Below are positions 17,204 to 26,997 of a stretch of 64,000 nucleotides of DNA, piece by piece. Position 1 is the first letter of the stretch; each line of letters begins with the position of its first letter. A program made the position numbers and the translations under genes. The notes under the pieces are model-generated. The model saw only the letters and a program-made list of their open reading frames with translations, did not search any database and was not told the origin of the DNA. The stretch is taken from NCBI GenBank assembly GCA_964431415.1, contig CAYSJS010000001.1:1740-65739 (forward strand). The letters are read 5' to 3'. The DNA is from an uncultured Candidatus Saccharibacteria bacterium. Lineage in GTDB: Bacteria; Patescibacteriota; Saccharimonadia; Saccharimonadales; JACDBH01.

Positions 17204-18109
17204 ATGAATCATTTTGGCGCAAGCTTTTCGTTAATATATGCAAGGGAGATGCGGGTAGAACCAAAGGCCTGTCTTGAGGCGGCATTGGAAGACTTAGGAG
17301 TACGTAGGCTCAGATTAATGAGTTACTGGGACGTGCACGAAAAAACTCGCGGCAGCTATGACTTTACCGAATTAGACTGGCAAATTGACATGGCAGAACA
17401 GCATGGGGCAGAAGTATCGCTTTGTTTGGGCCTGCGTCAGCCGCGCTGGCCCGAAAGTCACTGGCCGGAGTGGGCGCTGCAGCTTCCAGATACAGAATGG
17501 CAAGCGGCTCTCTATAGCTTTATAGAAATAGTAGTAAAGAGATATAAAGACAGAAAGTGCATCATTAGCTATCAGCTTGAAAATGAGGCACTCCTAAAGT
17601 CATTTGGACTGCGGAGTAACTTCGACAGAAAAAGACTGGTACGAGAATTTAAACTCGTAAAGCAACTTGACCCATCTCGCCCGGTAATAATGACGACGTC
17701 CGATGCCTGGGGCATCCCGTGGCGCAGACCTTTGCCCGATATTGTCGGCTTTTCAATCTATCGCTACTTATTTGACGCAAAAAAGAACCGGTACGTAAAA
17801 AGCACAAGACGTGCAAGGTTTTATAGGTTCCGCGCTGTACTTATACGTATACTTCGTTTCAGAAAAACATATATCCATGAGCTGCAAGCCGAACCTTGGG
17901 GACCAAAAGCAACCATCGAATTGCCTGTAGATGAGCAGGCAAAAAGCATGAACCTTGCACATGTTCAGGAGGCCGTCCAGTACGCCCAAGATACAACCTT
18001 GCTTCCGGCAGATCTCTGGGGACTGGAATGGTGGTTCTGGCTGAAAACAAAACACGGCCAAACCGAAATATGGAATTACTTGAAACAAGTTTATAAAAGT
18101 ACACACTAA
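17204..18109 (+). CDS. Putative clan GH-A (TIM-barrel) glycoside hydrolase-like protein
   Basis: W..HE...G.YDF..LD.. opening and YQLENEA (a candidate acid/base NE motif) resemble GH5/GH42-type barrels. Assignment by motif only. Confidence 0.45.
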   Translation: MNHFGASFSLIYAREMRVEPKACLEAALEDLGVRRLRLMSYWDVHEKTRGSYDFTELDWQIDMAEQHGAEVSLCLGLRQPRWPESHWPEWALQLPDTEWQAALYSFIEIVVKRYKDRKCIISYQLENEALLKSFGLRSNFDRKRLVREFKLVKQLDPSRPVIMTTSDAWGIPWRRPLPDIVGFSIYRYLFDAKKNRYVKSTRRARFYRFRAVLIRILRFRKTYIHELQAEPWGPKATIELPVDEQAKSMNLAHVQEAVQYAQDTTLLPADLWGLEWWFWLKTKHGQTEIWNYLKQVYKSTH

Positions 18110-18131
18110 TACGTGTAGAATATACAACAGA

Positions 18132-18161
18132 TTGACAAGTGTTATGTTTCTATGCTAATCT
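18132..18161 (+). promoter_or_regulatory. Candidate promoter for rplC and downstream genes (TTGACA-N18-TAATCT with TG extension)
   Basis: Hexamers at 18132-18137 and 18156-18161. Confidence 0.35.
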
Positions 18162-18287
18162 GTATCAGTATATTAAATTGATGTGCCATTAGAACTTGGT
18201 AAATCAGTGAGTCCACCCCTGTTGGATACTGCTGGTCACCAAGATTTTTGATAGCGTGTCTCATAAAAAATAAGGTTTTATCCAACT

Positions 18288-18905
18288 ATGAAAGCTTTAC
18301 TTACGCGAAAGGTCGGCATGACAAGCCTCGTCTCTCCAGACGGTGTTATGACTGCTGTTACCTTGCTTTCCGCTAGTCCTTGTGTCATTACACAAGTAAA
18401 AACTGCTGAAGCCGATGGCTATCAAGCGGTACAGCTTGGCATGGAAATTGCTAAGCAGCCAACTAAAGCAGCCGAAGGCCATGCCAAAAAGGCTGAAGTT
18501 GCACCATCAAAAGTAGTCCGCGAAATTCGCGTAGACGAAATAACAGAAGATCTGACCGTCGGCACCGAACTTAAGGCCGACGTTTTTAGTGTCGGAGACG
18601 AAGTACAAGTAACTGGAACCTCAAAAGGTAAAGGTTTTGCTGGTACTATCAAACGCCACAACTTCCATCGCCAACGCAAAACACACGGTGGTAAGGGTGA
18701 TACACGTAAGGTTGGTTCAATCGGCTCAATGTACCCACAGCGCATTTTCCGCGGAAAGCGCATGGCCGGACGCATGGGTCATGACCAAGTAACCGTTAAG
18801 GGTCTTAAGGTTGCTCTTGTCGACACCGATCTTAACGTTATTGCCGTAACAGGCGCTGTACCTGGTCCGCGTCACAGCGTCGTTATTCTGAAAGGAGCCA
18901 AATAA
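18288..18905 (+). CDS. rplC: 50S ribosomal protein L3
   Basis: KVGMTS..., GKGFAGTIKRHNFHRQ motifs, synteny. Confidence 0.95.
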   Translation: MKALLTRKVGMTSLVSPDGVMTAVTLLSASPCVITQVKTAEADGYQAVQLGMEIAKQPTKAAEGHAKKAEVAPSKVVREIRVDEITEDLTVGTELKADVFSVGDEVQVTGTSKGKGFAGTIKRHNFHRQRKTHGGKGDTRKVGSIGSMYPQRIFRGKRMAGRMGHDQVTVKGLKVALVDTDLNVIAVTGAVPGPRHSVVILKGAK

Positions 18906-19609
18906 TGAGCGTTCCAACATTTACTAAGTCCGGCACAAAGGCTACAACTGCAGCAAAGCTGCCAAAAGGCATATTTGACCTAGAAGTTACTAATCATGAA
19001 CTTTTGAAGCAGGCTTACACTGCCTATATGTCAAACAGCCGCACTGTAAACGCACGCACACTCACTCGCGGCGAAGTTTCTGGTGGCGGCAAGAAGCCAT
19101 GGAAGCAAAAGGGTACAGGCCGTGCACGTTTCGGTTCAATCCGTGTTCCAATTTGGCGCGGTGGTGGTATTACTTTTGGTCCAACAGGCAACGAAAACTT
19201 CACGAAAGAACTCCCTGTAAAGACCAAGCGTCAAGCTATTCGTCAAGCACTCAGTGTTAAGAATGCAGCAATAATTGTTGTTGAAACATTTGACGTAAGC
19301 GCTGGCAAAGTGGCTCCAGTTGTTACGTTCTTAGAAAAGATTGGCGCAACTCGTAACGTACTCGTTGTTGTAGAAAGCAAAGATGCAATGACTACCCGTG
19401 CCACCAAGAACATCCCTAACCTTAAAGTGGTGCAGGCTCGATATCTGAATGTGTATGATCTGCTCAATGCCGACTCCATCGTAATGACAGAGAAGTCACT
19501 CGATATAGTAGCTGAATGGCTCACACCTACCGGCAAAGAGTTAGGAGACAAGAGTCAGGAGACAAGAGTGGCTTCAAAGATTAGTAAAACAGAGGAGAAA
19601 AACTCATGA
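18905..19609 (+). CDS. rplD: 50S ribosomal protein L4 (with a C-terminal extension)
   Basis: SGGGKKPWKQKGTGRARFGS motif. TAATG overlap with rplC. Confidence 0.95.
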   Translation: MSVPTFTKSGTKATTAAKLPKGIFDLEVTNHELLKQAYTAYMSNSRTVNARTLTRGEVSGGGKKPWKQKGTGRARFGSIRVPIWRGGGITFGPTGNENFTKELPVKTKRQAIRQALSVKNAAIIVVETFDVSAGKVAPVVTFLEKIGATRNVLVVVESKDAMTTRATKNIPNLKVVQARYLNVYDLLNADSIVMTEKSLDIVAEWLTPTGKELGDKSQETRVASKISKTEEKNS

Positions 19610-19655
19610 CTCACAACTCATGCCTCATAACTCTGCGACCAAAGGGAGCATTGTA

Positions 19656-20027
19656 ATGAAAGATTTACATATGATTCCGCGCATTAGCGAAAAGGCTTAC
19701 GCACAGAGCCAGCGCGAAAATATTAAGACATATGTCTTTGAAGTACCCGCTTCTTCAAACAAACACACGGTTGCACGTGCTATTACCGCCCAGTATGACG
19801 TGGTTGTTACAAGCGTAAGAACCACAACCGCAAAGGGTAAAGTGAAACAAAGTTACCGCAAAGGCGGCCGCCCAATCACTGGTGTACGTTCTGATGTAAA
19901 GAAAGCCTATGTTACCCTGCGCGCCGGCGATAGCTTACCGCTCTTTGTTGAAGAAGCCAAAGAAGAGGAAAAGCAAGTAAAGGCTGCGGCTAAGGCTGCC
20001 AAGAAAGCAAAGAAGGAGACAAAATAA
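19656..20027 (+). CDS. rplW: 50S ribosomal protein L23 (Lys-rich C-terminal tail)
   Basis: L23-like core (KTYVFEVPASSNKHTVARAI). The ATG at 19656 follows AAAGGGAG. The ORF-track start at 19620 was trimmed. Confidence 0.9.
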   Translation: MKDLHMIPRISEKAYAQSQRENIKTYVFEVPASSNKHTVARAITAQYDVVVTSVRTTTAKGKVKQSYRKGGRPITGVRSDVKKAYVTLRAGDSLPLFVEEAKEEEKQVKAAAKAAKKAKKETK

Positions 20028-20881
20028 TGGCTATAAAAGCATATCGCCCTACGACTCCTGGCCAGCGCGGCATGACCACGCAGGATTTTGACACGATTAC
20101 CACAAAGAAGCCGCTTAAGAGCTTAGTAGTGGTAAAGAAGAAGATTTCCGGCCGCAACAACATGGGCCGCATTACGACCCGTCACCAAGGTGGCGGCGTG
20201 CGTCAGTTTTATCGTCTCGTTAACTTTAATCTTCCTGCGGGCACTAAGGCCGTAGTAGAAGAAATAGAATACGACCCAAACCGCTCCGCACGTATTGCAC
20301 GCATTAAAGATCAAGACAATAAGTATCACTATATTTTAGCTGGCAGCGGTATCGTACAGGGCCGCACGGTTGAAGCGGGCGAAGATGCTCCTGTAGAAGC
20401 CGGCAATCGTTTGCCACTCAAAAGCATCCCTGTTGGTAGCACCATTTATGCGATTGAGCTTCAGGTTGGCCGCGGCGCACAGCTTGTTCGCAGCGCCGGA
20501 AATAATGCACAGCTTATGGCAAAAGAGGGCGAGTACGCTCAGGTTCGCTTGCCATCAGGCGAAATCCGCAAAGTACTTGTTGACTGCATGGCTACACTTG
20601 GCACCGTCGGTAACGAACAGCACCAAAACATCAAGATTGGTAAAGCTGGACGCAACCGCAAGAAGGGCATCCGCCCATCTGTACGTGGCGTTGTAATGAA
20701 CGCCGTTGATCACCCACACGGTGGTGGTGACGGTGGTCGTCACGGTGTTGGTGGTGGTAAAAACCATGGTGCTGCTCCACGCACACCTTGGGGTATCAAG
20801 ACTCTTGGCTATAAGACTCGCAAGCGTAAGTCAACCAGCAAGATGATCGTAAAGAGCCGACATGCGGCGAAGAGGAAATAA
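20027..20881 (+). CDS. rplB: 50S ribosomal protein L2
   Basis: GRNNMGRITTRHQGGG and HPHGGGDG motifs. Confidence 0.97.
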   Translation: MAIKAYRPTTPGQRGMTTQDFDTITTKKPLKSLVVVKKKISGRNNMGRITTRHQGGGVRQFYRLVNFNLPAGTKAVVEEIEYDPNRSARIARIKDQDNKYHYILAGSGIVQGRTVEAGEDAPVEAGNRLPLKSIPVGSTIYAIELQVGRGAQLVRSAGNNAQLMAKEGEYAQVRLPSGEIRKVLVDCMATLGTVGNEQHQNIKIGKAGRNRKKGIRPSVRGVVMNAVDHPHGGGDGGRHGVGGGKNHGAAPRTPWGIKTLGYKTRKRKSTSKMIVKSRHAAKRK

Positions 20882-20883
20882 TC

Positions 20884-21132
20884 ATGAGCACTTTTGAACA
20901 AACACCAGACAGTTGGAATGCAGGATTTGAAACTGCTCAATTATTTCCATCTACACCAACAAGTTTTGATCCTCAGCGCAGGTTATTTGCTGCCGCTTGT
21001 GAGGCTGCTCAATGCGGTGTCTCTGGCGTTCCTAACGGCGATAGTCTACTTACTGATCAAGAATTTATTGATGGATTCAGAACAGGTCTCATGCATACGA
21101 CCATAGCAGTAGAAGGAGAAGGAAATGTCTAG
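20884..21132 (+). CDS. Orphan 82-aa acidic protein inserted between rplB and rpsS
   Basis: The ATG is 2 nt after the rplB stop. Its 3' end overlaps the rpsS start by 8 nt and contains the rpsS RBS (GAAGGAGAAGG). No family recognised. Confidence 0.5.
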   Translation: MSTFEQTPDSWNAGFETAQLFPSTPTSFDPQRRLFAAACEAAQCGVSGVPNGDSLLTDQEFIDGFRTGLMHTTIAVEGEGNV

Positions 21133-21394
21133 ATCATTAAAGAAAGGTCCATTTATCGACCCAAAGCTTGCAAAGAAAATTGCAGCTTTGGGCGCAGAAG
21201 ACCGCACAATCATCAAAACGTGGGCACGCAGCAGTGTGATTAGCCCTGACTTTGTCGGTCGTACACTTGCTATACATAACGGCAAAGTACATGTGCCGGT
21301 ATTCATTACCGAAAACATGGTTGGCCACAAACTTGGTGAATTTAGCCCAACACGTAAATTCCGCTCTCATGGCGGTAAGATGGCGAAAGGTTAA
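21125..21394 (+). CDS. rpsS: 30S ribosomal protein S19
   Basis: [12 protein letters not shown]..., [11 protein letters not shown]. Confidence 0.97.
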   Translation: MSRSLKKGPFIDPKLAKKIAALGAEDRTIIKTWARSSVISPDFVGRTLAIHNGKVHVPVFITENMVGHKLGEFSPTRKFRSHGGKMAKG

Positions 21395-21399
21395 ACCAT

Positions 21400-21777
21400 A
21401 TGAGCGTTATAGCAATTGCAAAATCAGTCCGCATTAGCCCGCGCAAAGTAAGCGTGGTAGCTAGTTTGGTACGCGGACGAAGCGTTTCTGACGCCCTCGT
21501 GATCCTTTCACACACGCCGCGCAGTTCAGCTACACCAGTGCTTAAGACCATAAAAAGCGCAGCCGCCAATGCAGACCACAACCACAATTACCGCCCAGAC
21601 AGCTTGCGCATCGTTGAAATCAGTGTAACGCCTGGCCCACGCAGCAAGCGATTCCGTCCGGTTAGCCGTGGTATGGCACACCCGTACCAGAAGCGCACCA
21701 GCCACATTCGTGTTGTTGTTGACGGTGAGCAGCGCGCACCCAAGAAGCCGGTAGCGGCAAAGAAAGCGGAGAAATAA
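21400..21777 (+). CDS. rplV: 50S ribosomal protein L22
   Basis: ISPRKVSVVASLVRG motif, synteny. Confidence 0.95.
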   Translation: MSVIAIAKSVRISPRKVSVVASLVRGRSVSDALVILSHTPRSSATPVLKTIKSAAANADHNHNYRPDSLRIVEISVTPGPRSKRFRPVSRGMAHPYQKRTSHIRVVVDGEQRAPKKPVAAKKAEK

Positions 21778-21778
21778 T

Positions 21779-22408
21779 ATGGGACAAAAAGTAAACCCAG
21801 TCAGCATGCGTCTCCAGGTCAATAAAGACTGGCGCAGCAAATGGTTTGTTGGGAAGCGCGAATACGCCGACTACCTAACAAAGGACCTCGAAGTACGTCG
21901 CATGATCACCAAGAAGACCGGTTCACGCGCGGCAATTAACAAAGTAGACATTGAACGCAGCCCGAACCTCGTTACGGTCACTATAGTAACTGCAAAAGCC
22001 GGTGTTGTAATTGGCCGCGGCGGTGCAGGTGCTCAGGAGCTGAAAGCTGCTATTGAGCGCATCTATAAAGTACCGGTTCGCGTTAATATAGAAGAGATCA
22101 AGAAGCCGGAACTGTACGCAAAGCTTGTAGCCGAAAACATTGCACACCAGCTCGAACGACGTATCGCTTTCCGCCGCGCCATTAAGTCAGCTAGCGCTGC
22201 AACTATGCGTGCTGGTGCAAAGGGTATTCGTATACAGATGTCGGGTCGCTTAAACGGCGCCGAAATGAGCCGCCGCGAAAAAGAAGTACAGGGTTCCGTA
22301 CCGCTTCACACACTTCGTGCAGATATTGACTACGCGCAGGTTGACGCCCAGACACCAACCGGCATCATCGGTATTAAAGTCTGGATTTACAAAGGTGAGG
22401 TAGCCTAA
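21779..22408 (+). CDS. rpsC: 30S ribosomal protein S3
   Basis: MGQKVNP..., [10 protein letters not shown] motif. Confidence 0.97.
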   Translation: MGQKVNPVSMRLQVNKDWRSKWFVGKREYADYLTKDLEVRRMITKKTGSRAAINKVDIERSPNLVTVTIVTAKAGVVIGRGGAGAQELKAAIERIYKVPVRVNIEEIKKPELYAKLVAENIAHQLERRIAFRRAIKSASAATMRAGAKGIRIQMSGRLNGAEMSRREKEVQGSVPLHTLRADIDYAQVDAQTPTGIIGIKVWIYKGEVA

Positions 22409-22409
22409 T

Positions 22410-22823
22410 ATGTTGATGCCTAGCCGAACCAAGTACCGAAAAGTACGAAAAGGCAAGATCCGTGGTGTTGCTACCAGCGGTAACTACATCGCGCACGGTT
22501 CATTTGCCCTTCAGTCACAAGAAAATGCGCGCATCACCTCCCGCCAGATCGAAGCAGCTCGTCAGGCAATGACTCGCTACATCAAGCGTGGGGGACAGAT
22601 CTGGATCCGTATTTTCCCGCATACTCCTGTTACTAAAAAGCCACAGGACGTTAAGATGGGTAGCGGTAAAGGAAGCCCGGAATATTTTGCAGCTAAAGTC
22701 CACGCCGGCACCATTATGTTTGAAATGGACGGCATTAGCGAAGAAATCGCCCGCGAAGCAATGCGCCTCGCCGCACATAAACTACCTGTCAAGACGAAGT
22801 TTCTTGTCAAGGAGGTAAAATAA
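22410..22823 (+). CDS. rplP: 50S ribosomal protein L16
   Basis: [15 protein letters not shown]... N-terminus, synteny. Confidence 0.97.
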   Translation: MLMPSRTKYRKVRKGKIRGVATSGNYIAHGSFALQSQENARITSRQIEAARQAMTRYIKRGGQIWIRIFPHTPVTKKPQDVKMGSGKGSPEYFAAKVHAGTIMFEMDGISEEIAREAMRLAAHKLPVKTKFLVKEVK

Positions 22824-22825
22824 TC

Positions 22826-23026
22826 ATGAAAATTACTGATATCCGAAAGCAATCCACAACCGAACTCACCGCGCAAGCAACGGCACTCCGCGACGAAATC
22901 GCTGAGCTCAAGCGCCGCATGCATCTTGGCGAAGTTCAAAATGTGCGTGTTGTTCGCCTCAAGCGCAAGGATTTGGCCCGTATCTTAACCGTTCTGAGTG
23001 AGCAGCTCGCAAAGGAGAACATGTAA
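22826..23026 (+). CDS. rpmC: 50S ribosomal protein L29
   Basis: 66-aa helical protein in the L29 position (LRDEIAELKRRMHLGEVQN). Confidence 0.9.
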   Translation: MKITDIRKQSTTELTAQATALRDEIAELKRRMHLGEVQNVRVVRLKRKDLARILTVLSEQLAKENM

Positions 23027-23325
23027 TGGCACGCGTATTAATTGGGAATGTCACCAGCGACAAAGGCGATAAGACTATCGTTATTTCCGTGCATACCCGC
23101 AAAACCCATCCTATATATAAGAAACAGTATTCCGTGACGCAGAAGATTATGGCTCACGACGAAAAGAATGAAGCAAAAGAAGGTGACCGCGTAGAGGTTA
23201 CCGAATGCCGCCCGCTCAGTGCACGCAAGCGTTTCACGCTTACGAAGATCGTCGAAAAGGCTAAGATATTGCATGTTGAACCGGAAGCCACCGCTGAAGT
23301 AAGCAAAGAAGGCGAGGAGGCGTAA
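23026..23325 (+). CDS. rpsQ: 30S ribosomal protein S17
   Basis: [16 protein letters not shown]...[22 protein letters not shown]. Confidence 0.95.
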   Translation: MARVLIGNVTSDKGDKTIVISVHTRKTHPIYKKQYSVTQKIMAHDEKNEAKEGDRVEVTECRPLSARKRFTLTKIVEKAKILHVEPEATAEVSKEGEEA

Positions 23326-23326
23326 T

Positions 23327-23695
23327 ATGATTCAACAAGAAACACGTCTCGTTGTCGCCGACAACAGTGGCGCAAAGGAAATCCTTTGTATCCGCGTTTT
23401 GGGCGGTACACGACGCCGCTATGCACACGTTGGCGACATCATCGTTGCTACCGTTAAGCAAGCAAACCCAAGCGGCGCAGTCAAAAAGAAATCAGTTGTT
23501 AAGGCAGTAGTAGTACGAACCCGCAACGCCATTCGCCGACCAGACGGCTCAACCATTCGTTTTGACGACAATGCAGCGGTTATCATCGGTGAAGATAAAC
23601 TACCAAAAGGTACACGTATCTTTGGGCCAGTTCCACGCGAACTACGCGACCAAGGATATGCTAAGATCATCAGCCTTGCGCCGGAGGTCCTATAA
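23327..23695 (+). CDS. rplN: 50S ribosomal protein L14
   Basis: [18 protein letters not shown]... Confidence 0.98.
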   Translation: MIQQETRLVVADNSGAKEILCIRVLGGTRRRYAHVGDIIVATVKQANPSGAVKKKSVVKAVVVRTRNAIRRPDGSTIRFDDNAAVIIGEDKLPKGTRIFGPVPRELRDQGYAKIISLAPEVL

Positions 23696-24039
23696 TGAAT
23701 ACTCAAACCAAGAAACAAGCATTCAAGATTCGCCTTAAGGTCGGAGATACTGTTATTGTGCGAAGCGGTAAATACAAGGGTAAGACGGGTAAGATAACCG
23801 CTACTCATCCATTTGAAAACAAAGTTACCGTTGAAGGCATTAATATTGTCAAAAAGCATGTTAAGCCTAACCGCACACATCCCCAGGGCGACATTGTTGA
23901 AATTACCAAGCCTATTTGGGTAAGCAAGGTTGGGATCGTAGAGCCAACCAGCAAGAAAGCAAGCAAGATTGAGCACAAAGTTGACGCTAAAGGTGTAAAA
24001 ACCCGTGTATTCAAGCGCACCGGCAAGGAGATAAAGTAA
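23695..24039 (+). CDS. rplX: 50S ribosomal protein L24
   Basis: KVGDTVIVRSGKYKGKTGKI (KOW motif), synteny. Confidence 0.95.
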   Translation: MNTQTKKQAFKIRLKVGDTVIVRSGKYKGKTGKITATHPFENKVTVEGINIVKKHVKPNRTHPQGDIVEITKPIWVSKVGIVEPTSKKASKIEHKVDAKGVKTRVFKRTGKEIK

Positions 24040-24275
24040 TGGGTAGATTTGAAGTTCAATTGCAACCAGGTGAAGCTTGGGTAAGTGGCGGTTTAAGATA
24101 TGCCGATGGATATATAGGAGCTATGGATAGTAATGACCTAGATACTTTATACGTGCAAAGACGTGCTGCTGAAGAAAGACTAAGGGGTGAGCAGCCCAAC
24201 AATCCGGCTTTGCCGGATGATGGCGCGATGAGCGGGGATATTTCCCGCTCATGGGCCGATAAGGAGATCAAGTAA
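24039..24275 (+). CDS. Orphan 78-aa acidic protein inserted between rplX and rplE
   Basis: Both ends are TAATG overlaps: rplX stop with its own ATG at 24037-24041, and its own stop with the rplE ATG at 24273-24277. No family recognised. Confidence 0.55.
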   Translation: MGRFEVQLQPGEAWVSGGLRYADGYIGAMDSNDLDTLYVQRRAAEERLRGEQPNNPALPDDGAMSGDISRSWADKEIK

Positions 24276-24853
24276 TGGCCACTAAAACTACTACCGTTGC
24301 AACCGGCGCACGCTTAAAGAGTCTGTACAACGACAAATACGCCGCCGAACTCCTTAAGGAGCTTGAGCTTGCAAACGTACACCAGGTTCCTAAACTTCAG
24401 AAGATCACCATCAATGTTGGTCTTGGACGCGCAAAAGATGACAAAAAGTTGATTGAAGTGGCCGCAAATACACTCACTAAGATTACTGGCCAGCATCCTG
24501 TTGAAACCGTCGCCAAGCAGTCTATCGCAAGCTTTAAGCTCCGTGAAGGCAACAAAATTGGCCTTAAAGTTACTCTCCGCGGCGACCGCATGTACGAATT
24601 CATGGACAGACTTGTAAACATCGTACTGCCACGGCTTCGCGACTTCCACGGTGTCAGCGCAAAAGCGTTCGACCGCCAGGGCAACTACGCGCTTGGCCTA
24701 AGCGAACAGTCAGTTTTTCCTGAGCTTACCTTTGAAGAAACCACCACTCCACACGGATTGCAGGTACTATTCACAATTAAGTCAGAAGAACCAGCACATG
24801 CCAGGGCACTGCTCACAAAGTTTGGCATGCCATTTGAAAAGGAGAATAAATAA
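24275..24853 (+). CDS. rplE: 50S ribosomal protein L5
   Basis: [25 protein letters not shown]... Confidence 0.97.
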   Translation: MATKTTTVATGARLKSLYNDKYAAELLKELELANVHQVPKLQKITINVGLGRAKDDKKLIEVAANTLTKITGQHPVETVAKQSIASFKLREGNKIGLKVTLRGDRMYEFMDRLVNIVLPRLRDFHGVSAKAFDRQGNYALGLSEQSVFPELTFEETTTPHGLQVLFTIKSEEPAHARALLTKFGMPFEKENK

Positions 24854-25122
24854 TGGCGAAGAAATCGATTATCGTACGCGATTTGAAGCGACAGAAAATG
24901 ATTAAGCAGTATGCCGCAAAGCGTGCAGAACTTAAAGCACTAGGTGACCTTGAAGGTTTGGCTAAATTGCCACGCAACTCAAGCCCAACCCGCTGGAAGA
25001 ACCGCTGTAGCGAAACCGGCCGTCCACGTGGCTATATGCGCACGTTTGGTCTCAGCCGTCTTAGCTTCCGTGAGCATGCAAGCAAGGGCGAAATCCCTGG
25101 TGTAACGAAAGCGAGCTGGTAA
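24853..25122 (+). CDS. rpsN: 30S ribosomal protein S14 (long form, lacking the Cys4 zinc motif)
   Basis: [24 protein letters not shown]. 89 aa with only one Cys. Confidence 0.95.
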   Translation: MAKKSIIVRDLKRQKMIKQYAAKRAELKALGDLEGLAKLPRNSSPTRWKNRCSETGRPRGYMRTFGLSRLSFREHASKGEIPGVTKASW

Positions 25123-25526
25123 TGAGTATAATCACAACCGATCCAATTGCAGACATGCTGACACGTATACGTAACGCCATTGGCGTACGTAAGAGCGTTG
25201 TCACTATGCCGCACAGCAAACTAAAAGAATCAGTAGCAGGCGTCTTAAAGACACAAAATTTTATTGACGACTTTTCTGCAGAAACATCTGACGCGGGCTA
25301 CAAAACTCTGCGCATCGTTATTAACAGCGAAAGCAGCAATGCTCGTATAACCGAAATCGAACGCCTCAGCCGTCCGGGTCGCCGCTGGTACTCTAGTGCC
25401 GACGAGATTCCAGTCGTTAAGCGCGGTCGCGGTATTGTTGTTGTGTCCACCAGCAAAGGCGTGATGACAGGCAAAGATGCCAAAAATCAGCGCTTAGGCG
25501 GTGAATTAATTTGTAAAGTGTACTAA
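25122..25526 (+). CDS. rpsH: 30S ribosomal protein S8
   Basis: TDPIADMLTRIRNA motif. Confidence 0.97.
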   Translation: MSIITTDPIADMLTRIRNAIGVRKSVVTMPHSKLKESVAGVLKTQNFIDDFSAETSDAGYKTLRIVINSESSNARITEIERLSRPGRRWYSSADEIPVVKRGRGIVVVSTSKGVMTGKDAKNQRLGGELICKVY

Positions 25527-25535
25527 GGAGAGCAT

Positions 25536-26075
25536 ATGAGTCGAATAGGAAAACTACCTATCCAAATACCATCCGGTGTGACAATCACTGTCGACCAAGG
25601 TGCTGTAACGGTCAGCGGTTCAAAAGGAACACTGAGTCAGGCATTATTGCCCGGCGTAACGGTTACAGTTAATGACAAAGAAGTAGTCGTAACAAGAGAT
25701 AACGACGAACCAAAAAACCGCGCAAAGCACGGTTTGATGCGTAGCCTCATTAATAATATGGTTGTTGGCGTATCCCAAGGTTTTAGCAAGCAGCTAGAAA
25801 TTAATGGCGTGGGTTATCGTGTTGCGACACAAGGTGCCAACCTCAAGCTTAACCTCGGCTTTTCGCACGATGTCATCTTCGCGATTCCTACGGGTATAAC
25901 AGCCGGAATTGAGCAGAACGTTATTACGATCAGCGGTATAGACAAACAGCAAGTTGGCCAGGTTGCCGCCGATATTCGTAAGCTCAAGAAGCCAGAACCG
26001 TATAAAGGCAAGGGCATTAAGTACGTCGGTGAGCGTATTATTCGCAAGTCCGGTAAGTCAGGTAAGGAAAAATAG
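25536..26075 (+). CDS. rplF: 50S ribosomal protein L6
   Basis: [15 protein letters not shown]... Confidence 0.97.
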   Translation: MSRIGKLPIQIPSGVTITVDQGAVTVSGSKGTLSQALLPGVTVTVNDKEVVVTRDNDEPKNRAKHGLMRSLINNMVVGVSQGFSKQLEINGVGYRVATQGANLKLNLGFSHDVIFAIPTGITAGIEQNVITISGIDKQQVGQVAADIRKLKKPEPYKGKGIKYVGERIIRKSGKSGKEK

Positions 26076-26077
26076 CC

Positions 26078-26434
26078 ATGAATATTTTAGCTAAAAAATT
26101 ACACAATCGCCGCCAGCGCAAAGCTCGCATCCGAGCATCACTCAGTGGCACCGCTACACGTCCACGCCTGAGCATACACGTAAGTAACCTGCACGTAAGC
26201 GCACAGGTTATTGATGACACGACCGGCAGAACACTCGCAGCCGCAACCACAGTTGGACAAAAAGCACTGAAAGGTACTATGACCGAAAAAGCAACATGGG
26301 TAGGTACGGAAATAGCAAAGAAAGCAAAAGCCGCTAAGATCACACAAGTTGTATTTGACCGCAATGGTCGCGGATATCATGGCCGCGTTAAGGCACTGGC
26401 TGAAGCAGCACGTGCAGGAGGATTGGAGTTCTAA
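26078..26434 (+). CDS. rplR: 50S ribosomal protein L18
   Basis: [20 protein letters not shown]..., [19 protein letters not shown]. Confidence 0.95.
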   Translation: MNILAKKLHNRRQRKARIRASLSGTATRPRLSIHVSNLHVSAQVIDDTTGRTLAAATTVGQKALKGTMTEKATWVGTEIAKKAKAAKITQVVFDRNGRGYHGRVKALAEAARAGGLEF

Positions 26435-26435
26435 T

Positions 26436-26996
26436 ATGCAACCATCACGAAACGACCACAGAAAACCACAAGAAGCTCCTGAAGAGAAGCAATTCGATGA
26501 AAGAATTATTCACGTTAACCGCGTGGCACGCGTTGTAAAAGGCGGCCGCCGCTTTAGATTCCAGGCGCTTGTCGTAGTTGGTGACAGAAAAAACAAAGTC
26601 GGTATTGGCGTAAGCAAGGGTGCTGACGTTACGGCTGCTGTGACCAAAGCAACCGACGTTGCTAAGAAACACATGATGACCGTAAACCTGTATAAAGGCA
26701 CTGTGCCGCACGAGACCTTTGGACGAGTTGGTGGCGCTAAGATTTTGATCAAACCTGCGGCTCCGGGTACCGGATTGATCGCCGGTGGCGTAGTGCGAAC
26801 TGTTTTGGAAGTAGCTGGTGTTAGCAACGTGCTGAGCAAATCACTTGGCTCAACAAACAAGATCAACACCGCATATGCGACCCTTGAAGCACTTGATGCA
26901 CTAGAACCAAGCAAAAACTGGGTCACGACCAAAAACAGCAAGCCAGCAAGCAAACCGGTCGCAAAAGAAAAAGCAGCCAAGGCAGAGGTAAAATAA
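26436..26996 (+). CDS. rpsE: 30S ribosomal protein S5
   Basis: VNRVARVVKGGRRFRFQALVVVGD. The ATG at 26436 comes right after the rplR stop. The ORF-track start at 26349 overlaps rplR and was trimmed. Confidence 0.95.
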   Translation: MQPSRNDHRKPQEAPEEKQFDERIIHVNRVARVVKGGRRFRFQALVVVGDRKNKVGIGVSKGADVTAAVTKATDVAKKHMMTVNLYKGTVPHETFGRVGGAKILIKPAAPGTGLIAGGVVRTVLEVAGVSNVLSKSLGSTNKINTAYATLEALDALEPSKNWVTTKNSKPASKPVAKEKAAKAEVK

Positions 26997-26997
26997 T

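Noticed and set aside
16181-26435. Longer N-terminal starts given by the ORF track for rpsJ (16181), rplW (19620) and rpsE (26349), and similarly for rluA-like (35492), the TPR protein (37319), the DUF3052 protein (48996) and the SDR (58706).
   Set aside because: The extensions overlap upstream genes or lack an RBS. Internal ATGs with good Shine-Dalgarno spacing give family-typical N-termini.
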